Made by a program: the position numbers and the translations under genes. The notes under the pieces were generated by a model that saw nothing but the letters and a program-made list of their open reading frames with translations, made no database searches and was not told the DNA's origin. A DNA stretch of 64,000 bases, taken from positions 562,043-626,042 of the forward strand of contig JAAOMT010000570.1 in the NCBI GenBank assembly GCA_016748015.1, given 5' to 3'. Origin of the DNA: Geosiphon pyriformis uo1. Lineage: Eukaryota > Fungi > Glomeromycota. This document shows, piece by piece, positions 49,881 through 63,355 of this stretch; the first letter of the stretch is position 1; every line of letters begins with the position of its first letter.

Positions 49881-52800
49881 TTATGAAGAAGAGAATGAAT
49901 ATTTGTGAATCAAATGATGTGCAAATACTTCTCCTAATGAAGGTGGCATGTGAGGTGCTGGGGTTGGAGGTGTGGTTATTGACGCGTTGTCACCAGTGGC
50001 AGCGCCAGATGAATGTATAGAGAAACGATCAGCACTTTCCGAAGCTCCGGCTCCCAGTATGACTGTGGATGAATGTACACCTTCATCGGCGGGTGAAAAA
50101 TTTGATGAGGCTAATGATGAGTTTGTTTGATGTTGTAAAGCATTATGGATAGCGATATTTCTTAATCTTTCTGCGGCTTCAGGACCACTACGTGAAATTA
50201 ATTGGTAAAAAAATCCGTCCGGTTGGTCTAATAATCTTAAAGGCGTATCGAATTCAACAACACGGCCTTCGTTTAGACATAGAATTCGTTCAGCTTCCAT
50301 GATCGTATTCTATGTTGAAATATTGATTTAAAATTAAATTGTAAAATCAATGTGATACATGATTATTAATGTATCCATATCACTTACTAGTCGATGTGCG
50401 ATCATGAGAATGGTATGACTTGCGAAATTCTTCTTTATCGTTTCTTGAATTAGGTTATCAGTCTGTGAGTCAACAGCGCTCGTTGCTTCATCCAAGACCA
50501 AGATTTTGGTTTGCTTCAATAACGCACGAGCAATACAGAATAATTGACGTTGGCCATACGAAAAATTCTTGCCATTTTCTTGTACGACTGTATTCAATTT
50601 TTCAGGCATCGACTTGACCTTATCGGTAAGATGTACCGCTTTCAAAGATTCCCATATTTGTTCGTCAGTACGTAAATTGAACGGGTCGAGATTTGATCGA
50701 ATTGTCCCAGCAAATATTACTGGTTCTGTGTATATTTATTTCACCCGATGCATGATTGCATGAGAAATTATATCAAGATTCGAATGATTAAGGAAGAAAT
50801 TCAGGTTCACATACCTTGTGGAATAATAGCAATCTTATTTCTGAGATCGTGCAGCCCAATTGTACGCGTATCCAGATCATCAATCAATATTTGCCCAGCC
50901 TCGAGCTCGACTATTCGCAACAAACTGACCAAAAGTGTTGATTTTCCTATTTTAAAAATGTTTCACATTCGTAAAAAATTTGGTCTATATCGGTAATAAT
51001 AATTATTGCGTTTACCTGATCCTGTTTTGCCAACAATTCCAATCTTCTCACGGGGACGCACGTGAAAGTTAACATTCTTGAGAACGGCAACTCCATAAGC
51101 ATTGTAGCGTAAAGTCACATGTTTGAATTCAATCTATTTGAAATCAGCGTAAAAAGGGATATCCACAATTAATATATGGGCAAAGCCGAAAGTATAATTT
51201 CTGTTCTATTTAAAGCTTACCTCCCCACGTTCACCCCATTCCGGTGGAGGTCTATTATCATCGATAATTGTTGCTCTCTATGAAAAGAGAACCATATGAT
51301 TTAATCAAAGCTGAATCTTGTAAAATGTCAAAAATAGTTCAAAGAAAAATTTGATTACTTCAGCAGGTATATTTTGTCTATAGTACAATAGTTGCTGTAC
51401 ACTACTCATTGTCGCAATCATGTCGCGGCATGAACGGACCATTATTTGACCAAAGATCAATAATTGTAGAGCGTTGGTCAAAGCTAAACCAGCATTCGAA
51501 GGATTAATATAGCTTGTATCACGTAAGACCACGACGAACATCGCGGTTAAATAAATAAAGATTGAAGCGAGAAAATCGATATAGAGTGCTAGCCAGGATT
51601 TTACTGCGGGTAAAAAGATGGTCTTAATTAAAAGGATTGAGGATGAAAATTGACATTAAACAAAATTTTTTTTTACCTTGCATCATTCCAAACACGATTT
51701 TATTGTTTGCATCAATTTTTTCGAGATTTCTCTCGTCAAATCGAGATTGGGCATTGTATACACGAATGCTGGCTAGTCCGTCCAGAGTCGCTGATAAATG
51801 GGAGAATATAGGCGCCTTGGTGGTTGCTATTATTGTTTATTTATTATCTAATGGTTTATCATATTTGTTTCGGAAATGGGTAATCGATAAAACATTCTGT
51901 TTATACTTGCCATCCAAAAGTTTAAACCTTTCTTCAATATCGTATGAGACGTGAATCAATATCCAGCCCAAGAAACTCAGTACAACGGCAGGTATTAAAA
52001 CCCAAGGGATAAGCACAGCCACAAAAATGATCGTTCCAAGAACAAGGGGCAGAAACGAAAAGAACTTTTTAAAGAAGCAAAAAAAATTCAACTTGTGATT
52101 CTTTAGCCAAAATCAATTGGAAATAGTAAACTAAACACTTTACCTGTAAGGCATTATCTGTCAACACTTCATCGACAAATATTTGATGTTTGGCGAAAAT
52201 GGTCAAGATTCTTCCAATAGGAGTCACATCGAAATAAAACATTGGAGCTCGCATGATTTTACCAAAGGTGCGATCATGTAGTGCGTGACTTTTATGATTT
52301 ACCGCCCAGGCAAACGCTACCCCTCTTATAAACACGCCTAAAGCCGCTAATGCCTTAGTTAAGCATCAAATTTTTTTTTTAAAGTTGGCTGAAAATCAAT
52401 TTTTGATTAAATTGAAGATAACAGAAATTGCGTCTGCTTACCACGAGGGCACCATATACGCCAAGTATTTTTCCATATTCCGAATTATTGGTGATGAGAA
52501 CGGTCTTTTTAAGCCACCAGTCTAGAAAAAGGAAAGTTACGAAACCAAAGTAGCAGATTGGTCCACAGCTCTGAATAGATCAATTAATCAAAACTGAAGG
52601 ATACAAACCGCTAAATATTCTGATACCGTGAGCGATAAAAAAGCCGAGAATAATTAGAGCTGAACCGGTAAATCCGGTATATTTGCGCAGATATTTTAAA
52701 TAAACATGCCAATCAACTTCAGCTTGACTTTGCTTTTTTGACCGCGAAGCTGCCATCATACTTAGGCCATCAGGCTCATTTACACTATGAATTGTCAATT

Positions 52801-55800
52801 GATTTTTTTCAATGGCCTTTGCCGTGGGGTTCATATCGCGATTAATTTTATTACCCCTCATTCGGGTTTTACCAGCCCCACCGAGGACCGTAAGATTTCG
52901 ATGCTCAATAATTTTAGAAATGGTGAGCTCATTAATATTTGTATTTTGTATGGTATGCGCGTTCTGGCCAATAATCTTAGATATTGTGTATGCATTGGCA
53001 TCTGTATATGAATCTGTCTTGCCATCATATTGAATTGTGTGATATCGAGAGACTGGGGCACTGCGACTGCCCGCCACCAAGACTGATTCCAATTCGTCAT
53101 CATTTTCTTCATCAATTACTGGATCGAGCCGAATTTCACTAATAAGTTCGTCAATTTGATCTGGATCTTCTATTTCCATGTATTCACCAATTAAAGCTGC
53201 AAGGTTTACATCTTTGGCGATTAACTCTTCATAAGTTCCCTGTTCATCACAACTTCCGTCTTTCATTACCATAATACTATCGCACTCCGATAGAAACTGT
53301 AATAAAATGGGCTCATTGATTATGCCAGTTTAACGATCAGGTAAACGAGCATCTTTTCTTTCTGATATAAAATAAATGTTAATTTGTGAAACACGTGCCT
53401 GTAATTGATTCGTAACATAAACCACTGCCTTATTCTAAAATAATTGAGATAAATTCTGTTTTAGAACATTATCAATCATCGATTATTTGATGATTCAAAT
53501 AATTAGCTGGGACATATTGTAAAAAGTATGAGATACCTTGAGATATTTCCGAACACATTCATTAAAAATATGCTTTCCAACCACAGGATCCATTGCGCTT
53601 GTGTTTGAAGGCAAAATTTGTTTAGATATTTTCAATGTGATTCAGACAGAATTCAATATCGAGTTTCCTACCTCAAAGGATCATCTAATAGAACAATATC
53701 CGCATCTGAATAAACTGCTCTCGCCATGCTAACCCTTTGCCTCTGTCCTAAACTGAGATTCACACCCCTTTCGCCAATCTCAGTCTCATCCCCATAACTC
53801 AGCAATGGTAAATCACGGTTGAGGGCACAAACATGTAAAACTTCTTGATATCGTTTTGGGTCAAGAGGCTTACCAAAAAGAATGTTTTCTTTCAATGTAG
53901 CATTCAATAACCATGGATCGTGAGGTACATAGGACATGGAGCCACGTATGAGCCGGGTACCAACTGATAATCGTAATTGACCTAATATCGCACCCAATAC
54001 CGAAGACTTGCCAGCACCTACATCCCCAACAATTGCAACTACTTCACCCTGCTTTACACGCATAGTTAAAAAACGCAGTGAAGGATCCATGTATCCTTCA
54101 TAAACGAAATCAGCACTGTCTAGGACGATTCTAAGCTTAGGATCATTTTCTAGTGGATTATCGTCTTGTTGCAGAGTTTCCAATTCAGGTTGTAAGAGAA
54201 ATTGGTTCAATTGTTCAAAGGAATCTTGAACTCCTGAAGTTGACAATTAAAGAAATTAAAGAAATCGATAGTGTCTTGACTGAGATCGTTCAACATGACG
54301 GAAAACAACACATACCAAGGGTAGCTCTAACAGCAATTGGTAGCATGAAAAGAGGATATCTACGAAGGAAAGAAAAATAGGTGAATTCAAGTGTTTAATG
54401 AAACAGCTTTGTTTTAAGGTAACATTTGATATAAATAATTTCCCGAAATATACTCTATTCATTGTTATAAATCATTAAATTTTGATTTTACGATTGCCAA
54501 TACTTTCATAAAACACTAAAGAAACAACAATAACAACAACAACAACAACAACCAAAGAGACAGATAAATCTCACCTTAAAATATTAAACAAGGCCAATGC
54601 GGTAAAAATGGTACTAGCTTTGACACCCCCGTCATCCGAATAAGCGAGATCCTTAACCAACACACATCCAAACATGATGATAATAGGCGCGCCAAAAACC
54701 ACACAGAGGGTCCAAACTTTCAGCACGAGACTAGTTAACAATTGGGCCATTTCCTTCCGACGTACCCAGAAAACACGGTCACGGAAGTAAGATTCCCAAG
54801 CGTAGAATTTAATTAATTTCATTGCGGTCAGAATTTCAGACATAAGATTTATACGAGACATGATAGTTTTGGCCACGGAATTTGAGGATTTGGAGGTTAG
54901 AAGACCGAGTTTGTATTGTATGGGGATGAGTAAAAGTAGGATAATGAGGGCTAATCATTTTTTTCGTACGGATAGCGGGGTTGGGTGATATTTTATTCAA
55001 GATTATACAGAGGTGGCAGATGTGGAGAATTGCAAAAAATCCCAGGATATATATTTAAATACCTGGTACCGCGGCAACTCCCAATTCTATCAAAGCGAAA
55101 ACAATGACGGCTAGAAGAATTTCCGCAGATTTACCGATGAAACGTTATGGATATTTCAGATATATTTTGATTTGGAAATGGTAAATGATGAGAGACGAAA
55201 TATTTTTTCCTCCGAATTAAATTCTCCCTCTCCCTCTCCCTCTCCATCCCCATCCCCATCCCATTTCAACATACCAATAATTTCAACGACAGAACTCCAT
55301 AGGAAATGGAAATTGACACAAGCTTCTGCCACCCTAGATTTTTAAAAATATATAAAAGGGAATCAGCAAAGGAAATATTGATATAAAGGATGTTCAAAGC
55401 TCAAATTTTTAAGTGGATTAATTCTAAATATTGAAAAATAGACGAAAAACTTTATGAATTATTCAAGAACATTTGAATGGGAAAAAAGGGAATTTTGTTT
55501 CACCGATCAAACTTTAAATTTCAGATTTACCTATTAACGTCATGAGATACCAAATTGACTAAATGAGATAATAAAAAATAATTATTAGATTGGAACGTTC
55601 AGGGATAATGAATGTCTTCACAAATTGACCTTTTGAGAGTCGTATTCATTATTCTAGTTGCCGATTAATTTTGACTTTGAGCTTGGGATTCAGTTTGATA
55701 TTAAGAAAATATATAGACTATAAAATACTGAGCTATATTCCCATTTTAATACCAGAGGAATCTCAAACTCAAACTTCAATTATCTGAATCGAAAAAACAA

Positions 55801-56734
55801 TTTGTCAAGACATTCAAGAAATCTGTTAACAAGAAACAAAAAAACGGAATTAATCAATATTCCACACACCCACGGCAGTGTTACCACGAACTGAACTAAT
55901 TTTCAAAGATTTGCGGTACACCAAGACCATCAAGGCAGCACGAACCTAAAAACTTTAGAGTTAAAAAAAAAAAAAAACGAAATTTGGAAATCCTCAATAA
56001 AAATATATATATGAAATATCGGCAAACCTGAACTCCAAATCTGGTACACTCGGCAACCAATTGATTTATTGCAATGCTGCTAAAGAAAGCTGTGAGGAAT
56101 AAACCCAATGCATACATGTGGCCAGAAAATTCAGTCGGTTTCTGGCCTGCATCATATTTCTCCACATATTTTATCAATTCGTTAAGGAGATAATAGGAAC
56201 CGATAAAGTTGAGTACAGCCCATATGAGTTTATAAAAGCCGAGTAGTGAGTAAGAAAAGCCGAAAGTTCTTATGAGGGCACGTCGTATTGAAGGGTGACT
56301 AGGGAGGAATGTAAGTTGGGTAACTTTTAGAATGAATTTGTGTTCAAGAGCAAACTCGTTCCCCCTACTGAAAAACATGGTTTGATAGATCGCGCGTCTA
56401 CGCGCTAGTTACCGACACGTCTACATCGAGGGTTTTTTAAGTGTGGAGGTTCTCAGTCAATTCAAATTGTGTGCTTCAAGTAGGTAGACGAGACACACCT
56501 TTCTTTACATTCACCCAACCAAGTTTTCTCCAATTTATCTCCTACAACACCAGCTTTTTCAGATTCCTGTAAAGATAAGTTATCGTTGCTTAAATTGTGC
56601 CGTCGTGATAGCTTGAGAAGACCAAAGACCCATAAAAAGAGCCAAGAGGAAAGGAAGTTAGCACGGTTGCCACCATGTAAAGTCACTTGAGGACGGGAGG
56701 ATTTTTGAGAGCTGGAGGTGGTGGTTGGTGGCAT
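49881..56734 (-). CDS. ABC transporter, subfamily C (MRP-like, short form without TMD0: TMD1-NBD1-linker-TMD2-NBD2), multi-exon
   Basis: N-terminal [12 protein letters not shown] lasso-like segment; TMD1 with [13 protein letters not shown]1 GDVGAGKSS / LSLGQRQR / VLLDDPL (53668-54246). TMD2 [18 protein letters not shown]2 GKTGS|GKST / FSYGQRQL / LVLDEAT / IAHRL. GT-AG introns throughout; not every exon boundary was resolved. Confidence 0.93.
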
Positions 56735-57192
56735 GTCGGACGGAGGGTTTATTTGTTTTTTTTAAAAAGATAACTTTTTTTTTCACGAGAAAAAGATGCA
56801 AAAGATACTCGATAAGAAAAACTGGAAAGGTGTCTATGTAAATTAAGAGTGATACAATTTCTAAAAACGTTAGATTGTGCATTGCATATCAGAAACCAGT
56901 TCGGGTGAAGTAAAATATTCCTTTTCTCGAGCATGTGGGGCTGAGATAATGTTTATGGTGACAATTAGTCGCATGTCAAATGAGTTTTTTTTTTGTGTAG
57001 ATGAATTTATCTTGATTTGATATAATGAGGGATTTTTTATCTTGATCGAAGTGTTCGTGGAACAATAATTAAAGTTATTCAATTAGTCAAACTAACTTTA
57101 AATCTATAATAATCGGTGGTTAGTAATTGTGGGTGGGATACCCAATAGTTTCGGACAATGAAAAAGTTCAAAAATGTTTATAAAATTTTTGC

Positions 57193-57208
57193 ATTATTTA
57201 TTTATTAC

Positions 57209-57275
<67 letters not shown>

Positions 57276-57318
57276 GTTGTTGTTGTTGTTGTTGTTGTTA
57301 TTTATTATTGTTATTATT
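57193..57318. repeat. Compound (TTA)n(TTG)n microsatellite upstream of the ABC gene
   Basis: Directly visible. Confidence 0.9.
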
Positions 57319-58199
57319 AAGAGATTTATTTTAAATGTTAATATTTTAAGAAAATAAACATTTGATAAAAAAAACAAGTCACAGTTTAATTGGCAATTCT
57401 TAAAATGTTTAAATTGTGTTTTTTTAATTATTAATTAATTGATGTTCTTTTATATATATATATATATGTATAAATTTTTGTTTTTCTGAAAAAAATATCT
57501 AAAAAGGGGAATTTGTTTGTAACCATGTAAACAATGTAGATTTATACTAAATTTAATTTATGATAATTTTGTGTTTAACTAAAAATTCATCATTTGAAAA
57601 GCGCCAATTTTTTATGATCTAATTATTACGTATTTTTTTGTTTCTTGGAATATAAAATCAAATATTACTTTGTTAAGATGAAAAAAAACAAAAAAAACAG
57701 TGCGTACTTTTTTGAAACTCTCCCAATCGATATTTGGAAAAGTAAGATGTTCGCCTTGTTTCTATAAAGTGTGAAAATAAAAGATAAGTAAAATAAAAAA
57801 AAAGAATTTTTTACATTTAATATTACATAATCATAAGAACCAAGAAAAAGAATCCCATTCAATAAGTATTTTTTTTTAGATTATTTCAATTGTGTTTTTA
57901 ACTTTAGACTTCGATTTTTAGCCTTTATTTAATAAAGAAAATTAATTAAAATTAATCTCATTACAATTTACAATTTTGCTGTTGCTTTTAATAAAGAGTA
58001 TAATTTAAATATATTCATGATTTGTTTTAAAACTGTAAATTATCTGTATTTTTACGATTGATATTAGTAATACATTCTGAGAATAAAATTTTTTGTTTAT
58101 TCTTATTTCAATGAATAATTAGTCAAACTGAATAAAAATTTATATAAAAATTTTTTTAATAATAAGAGAATAAGTTTATTTAAATATTTTTTCTTGTAA

Positions 58200-58700
58200 A
58201 ATTATTTTCGAAATGTATAATATAATAAATAATTTTACTTAAACTTATTTTTTAAAAAGAGAGTAAATCCTATTTTTCTTATGGTTTTTTTCGGTATAAC
58301 TACTTTGAAAGTTTTTTTTACAATACAACAAAATAGTATTTTACTAAATTATTTTTAATTGTTAAGAAATCATTTTTTTGGCTATAAGTAAAAGTTTTTT
58401 TTATTTAAGGTTTTTTCAAATAACCAACTAAAAATAATCTAGTGTAATTGTTATTATCATAAAATTTTTTAGGATTTTTAACAATAAACTAATAGCAAAA
58501 CTGTTTTTTTTTTTAATAACTTCTTTTATTATTACTTAAATAATTAAAAAAACCAAAAAAGTACTTTTCTTTTTTCTTAAAAATATTATTATTAACTTTT
58601 TTGATATTTTTTAAAATATTTTTTTTAATTTAAAATTTGTTTTTTCTTTTATAAAAAATAAAAACTTTGGCTTTTTCTAATTATAAACAATAATTTTTTT
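58200..58700 (+). mobile_element. Possible 5' fragment of the ORF1-only element
   Basis: ~58473 'gatttttaacaataaactaatagcaaaactg' resembles 'gtttttaataatagatcaataaacaagatgg' (reverse complement near 27557-27588), with colinear flanks. Low complexity limits certainty. Confidence 0.4.
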
Positions 58701-58844
58701 ATCTTAAATAATAATAATAATAATAATAATAATATATTTATTAAAACATAATATAAATTAATATATAATTATATTGTTTAATATATTAAGTTTTAATTAA
58801 TTTTAAAAACAAAAAAATTATGTTTTTTTATTTATATAATATTT

Positions 58845-60660
58845 TATTGAATAAAGTCCAACTGCTATTTAGTACATAAAACCAAACTAAATAGCTTAAA
58901 CTAAATATAATTCATGTATATACTACATGTAATTAGTTACTTAGGCCAGACAAAACAACACTATACATCTATACAAACACACATGTCATTATTTAACCCA
59001 GAAAAAAAAAACATAATTTGTATCTATCAAAACTAACAGCAAAAAACTTAGTAATACCAAGCAATTAAATCATTTTATTAGATAGCATAGACACCATACT
59101 ATAAAACAGTTCTAATATTAAACTATTATTTTTAACCAAACTAGTTTTTTTTATATCTACTCTATATTCAGATCTTATTAATTATGCTCTAGTATGATAC
59201 AATTTTACCAAATATTTTATATACTTAATAATAGCAAATATAGTTTCCTTTCTTTTATTAAAAATTTAACAGCTTTAACATACTAATTATTTAATATGAA
59301 ACTCTTACAAATCATAACATATAGGTCTATATTCAAGAAAGTGTTTGCAAAACAACAAAAAAAATTGATTACAAACACTTATCACTGTAACTTATTGTGT
59401 AAAAGTCTTAGCCAAAATTTTTTCACAAACATCAATATCTTAAATACAAGTAAAGACATAATCAAACAATTCTACCTTATTATACAATAAACATTACATA
59501 TTAGAGTATTTCTTATTATATAATCTTTTTTTAATTACTATTAACAGTTATCTATATACAGTTTTCATCAAGTACATATACAAATTAGTAGATTTCTTAT
59601 TGGTAAATTCAGAAAGCATATGTGAATTAGAATGCCAAATCTTAGCCATAGTCACCCAATTCATTTTTCTAATTAATACATTCAGAATTATATTGTAACT
59701 AAAGCCAACTTTTCATTAAGTATAACAAACAGACCTAAATATATTTTGAACAAAATAACAGATATTGTTAGACACAACTGTGTTTTCAACTACCAAAAAA
59801 CATTTTTACACACTTTTTAGCAAAAAAAAGAGAATAAACAGTCTTGCCTACAATTATATCAGCTCTTATATTGTCAAAAATACTTAAATAACTCTTAACT
59901 TTTACCCAATTTATAATAAAATTCTTGTTTTTAATCAAATTAGCAATATGTGTTTTTTTATTCAATATTAATTACAAAAATCAGACATAATTAATACTAT
60001 TTTAAACACATATACATTAATAGCAGTTTGACTGTTTAGATGTAAAATTACTGTACAAGAAGATAGAATACACTTTAAGAACAGAACAACAGCCTATAAT
60101 TTGACCATAGTGAAAAACAGAAGTTCATATATTCTGGTATTAATATCTATATTTACAGCTGAAAAATAAGCAGCAGTTCTATTAGTAATATTAGCAGATT
60201 CAGTATTCTTTAAAGATTTATTTGTATAAAATTTTATAGAGCCAAACCAAATTTTATGCAAACAAATTTACATATTAGAAAACTCTTTTAATTCCGAAAT
60301 GTTTAAATTAAACAATTGATTTGTCTTAGCTAAACCAACCAACAAAAAACTTTTATTGTGCAAAAAATTTGATACAATTTCGAACCAATAAGGCACAAAG
60401 CTTTTAGAATCTAATCTTTTTTATCAGTAAAAAAGTTTTTAGTTTATTATATAGCTCTTTTTATTTACAAATTTATTATTAAATACAACTCTAAACTGTT
60501 TTAAAAAATAAACTAAACTAAAGTACAATGATTATCCTAAAATAATTAACATTAAAAACTTACCAAAACTATAAAATACATTAAGCAAATTGTTTATTAA
60601 AGACAACTCAAGATCCAAAAAAATCTTCACTATTTTACCCAAAAAATTATTTACCAAAAT
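58845..60660 (-). mobile_element. Degenerate LINE 3' fragment (RNase H, C-terminus, 3' UTR), 28195-35000 subfamily
   Basis: 58848-58960 is close to 28213-28329, and 58960-60660 is colinear with ~28330-30040. Confidence 0.85.
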
Positions 60661-61299
60661 TATGTTTTTATATATAATTTTAATTTATTAGATTATTTAA
60701 TTATAAGAATTAAATTAATTTTATTTATTTAATAAATACAATTTAAATACTATTTATTACAATAAAATTATATAAAATTCTAAAATAAGTATAATTTATA
60801 ATTTATATATATATATAATTAACTACTTAAATTAATTAAAACAATACTATATATTTATATTATTAAAAACATTTATGTATTCATAAAAATCATTAAAAAT
60901 TAACTATAAAATAATAATAAAACTAAAATTAACAAATTTATTTTAATTAATACTTTTTTTACAAATAAATTTCTTAAAACCAATAATAATTAAATCTCAA
61001 ATATCAACCAAAATTAATTTATTATTAATAATTAAATTTTTTTTTATACTTAATTTTAAAGTTTAATAATATTATGTTTAATTAAATTAATTCTTAAATA
61101 TTCATTAAAATATTATATTAAAAAATATTTATTAATAAATTTTATATATATTAATTTTTTATTTAATAAAATTTACAGAATTAAATATTTTCAAAACCAA
61201 TTTATTATTTATTAAAAATATTTTTTTGTAATATTAAAATGCAAAATTTTTCTCTTGTTAATCTTTTAATTACAGTAAAAACATAGAGTAACCAAAAAA

Positions 61300-62520
61300 A
61301 TAAATTTTTTTTTCTTCATTTTCTCTTTGTTTTTACAGTTATTTTTTTTAACACATTTTTATTTATTGTTATAAAACCAGTAGACTTTTTTGCTAGTGGT
61401 TTTGGTTCTAATTTGGCTGGGTTGAAAATCTAATTTGATACTAAAAAAAATGTTAAAAGTATTTACTTTTATAATATTTTATACAAGAAACTGAAAAAGT
61501 TTAAAGCTATTAATAATATAATAGATTTGTTGTTGGTTTTTTTTCTGTTAATAATTTGCATATTAATAATAATAATTACAAAAAGTTTTGGAATAGTAAA
61601 GTAAATAGCAAAAAAACCAGTATTAATAAAGTATTAAATATAAAAAACATGAAAAACATAATTGTAAAAGAAACTAGTTATATAAATTTAAACACTTTAA
61701 AGACTAATAAGATAATAAACAATATTATTTTAAAAAAGATATATACTAAGATATATATTTTAAAACAACTACCAAATAAATCTTTCTTTAATAAATTAAA
61801 TAATAATAACAACATATTGATGTGTTTAGTTTTTAAGTTTGATGGCTCTTAAAAATTGCTATTAGTTAAGTCATAAAGCAAAGAAATTAAAAGTTTTGGT
61901 TCAAAAAAATTTTTTATATTAAATATTAAGCTTTTTGTAATGTCTAATAAAACGTTTAGTAATAAATTATTGTCAATAAAAAAATTTATTATTATATTGA
62001 TAATTTTAAAGAAATGTCTATTCTTTTAAAATTTTAGATATTATTAGATTATTATTTACTTTTAAATTAAGTTTGAATAAGGCTAAAAAACTGGTTATTA
62101 GTAAAAAAATTTTGATTAATAATATTATCAAAAAAATAAACAATTATACAAATTAAAAAGTAATTGTTAAAGAGATTCCAGTTGATTTTTTTAAAATTGG
62201 CTTTTTTTAAATTTAATAAGATTGTTTTTATTAAAATACAGCTAATTAATCTTTAACAAAAGACTTTAATTAAATTTGAATTTGTTGAAATTACTAATTT
62301 GGTCACAGCTAAATGTTTAATACTTATAAAAAAAAATTCTGTTTGTGTAGTTAAAACTGTTGAAAATAAATAAACATGAGTATTTAAAGATTGTTATTGG
62401 GTTTTGTTGTATATTTTACCAATTAATATTACTGTTTATAAGCTTTTTGATTTGTTAACATTATATGATAAGAAAACTTGTTTTATTGTTATAATTCAAA
62501 AATGTATAGATATAACAAAT
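61300..62520 (+). mobile_element. Degenerate LINE 5' fragment (ORF1 only, a different subfamily)
   Basis: ORF1-type segments such as 'IIVKETSY' and 'VIVKEIPVD' and downstream RRM-like residues. Truncated at ~62520. Confidence 0.7.
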
Positions 62521-63355
62521 ATGAATTTTTTTTATTACCACAGCCTAATCTGAGCACCCAGAAAATTTCTTGAGATTGGTGTTTACCAAGATCTTTGTAT
62601 TCTTAGCCTTTTTGGAAGCCTGTGGTAAGCTCAATTTAGAAGTAAATGATGTTTTAATGATCTCAGCAAATTTTAAGGAAGTAAAGACCTCCCCAAAACT
62701 ATTGATTTTCGAAAACAACTTTCTAATAACCACAAGCTTCTTCTGAAATAATTTTCTAGCAACTTAATCCAAACCAATATTCAAAGCAAAAGATTTACAA
62801 ACAGAAATGTTGACCAAATTTTTTACAGGTAAGGGGATTTTCAGTAAAGCATTCAAAAAAACATTATTGTCATTACTATTTATTGAGAAATTAATTTTCT
62901 CCTAAGGTTTACCCAATGCCTTCTTGGTTTTGACTTTTGAATTTGTAGGTGTTTAATTAGGATTTTCTCCAGCAAGAGCACTACTTTTACCATAATCAAA
63001 ACTGGTCTCTTTCACCAGATATTTTTCCTCCATATCAATACTATTAGACTTAATAGTGTTACCAGTCTCTGAACTTTATAAGTAACTATTCTAAACTTTA
63101 AGACCAATATTTTCACTACTAGAACTATCTTCTAAAACACTACCTCTTCTTTTTTTCCTTAGAAGAACAAATTTAAAGCCATTACTAAAACCAAAAACTT
63201 TAGTAGTCTTCTTTATAACAACAATACTACAGCCAATGGTGATCTCATAGTTAAGAATAAAGGGTTTAGATTTATCATACTGAATTGTAAAAAACTTTTT
63301 TTAAAAAACTTTTTTGACTCTTTTTTGAAAATTTGGGATGAAAAAAAGAGAGTTT
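62521..63355 (-). mobile_element. LINE 5' fragment (5' UTR plus N-terminal half of ORF1), 4495-22108 subfamily
   Basis: Colinear with 21280-22108. ORF 62545-62733 matches part of ORF 21065-21889. Confidence 0.88.

Noticed and set aside
49787-50020. 77-aa hydrophobic ORF (poly-I/V) as a membrane peptide
   Set aside because: The hydrophobic run is a (TTA/TTG)n microsatellite, antisense to the ABCC 3' end.
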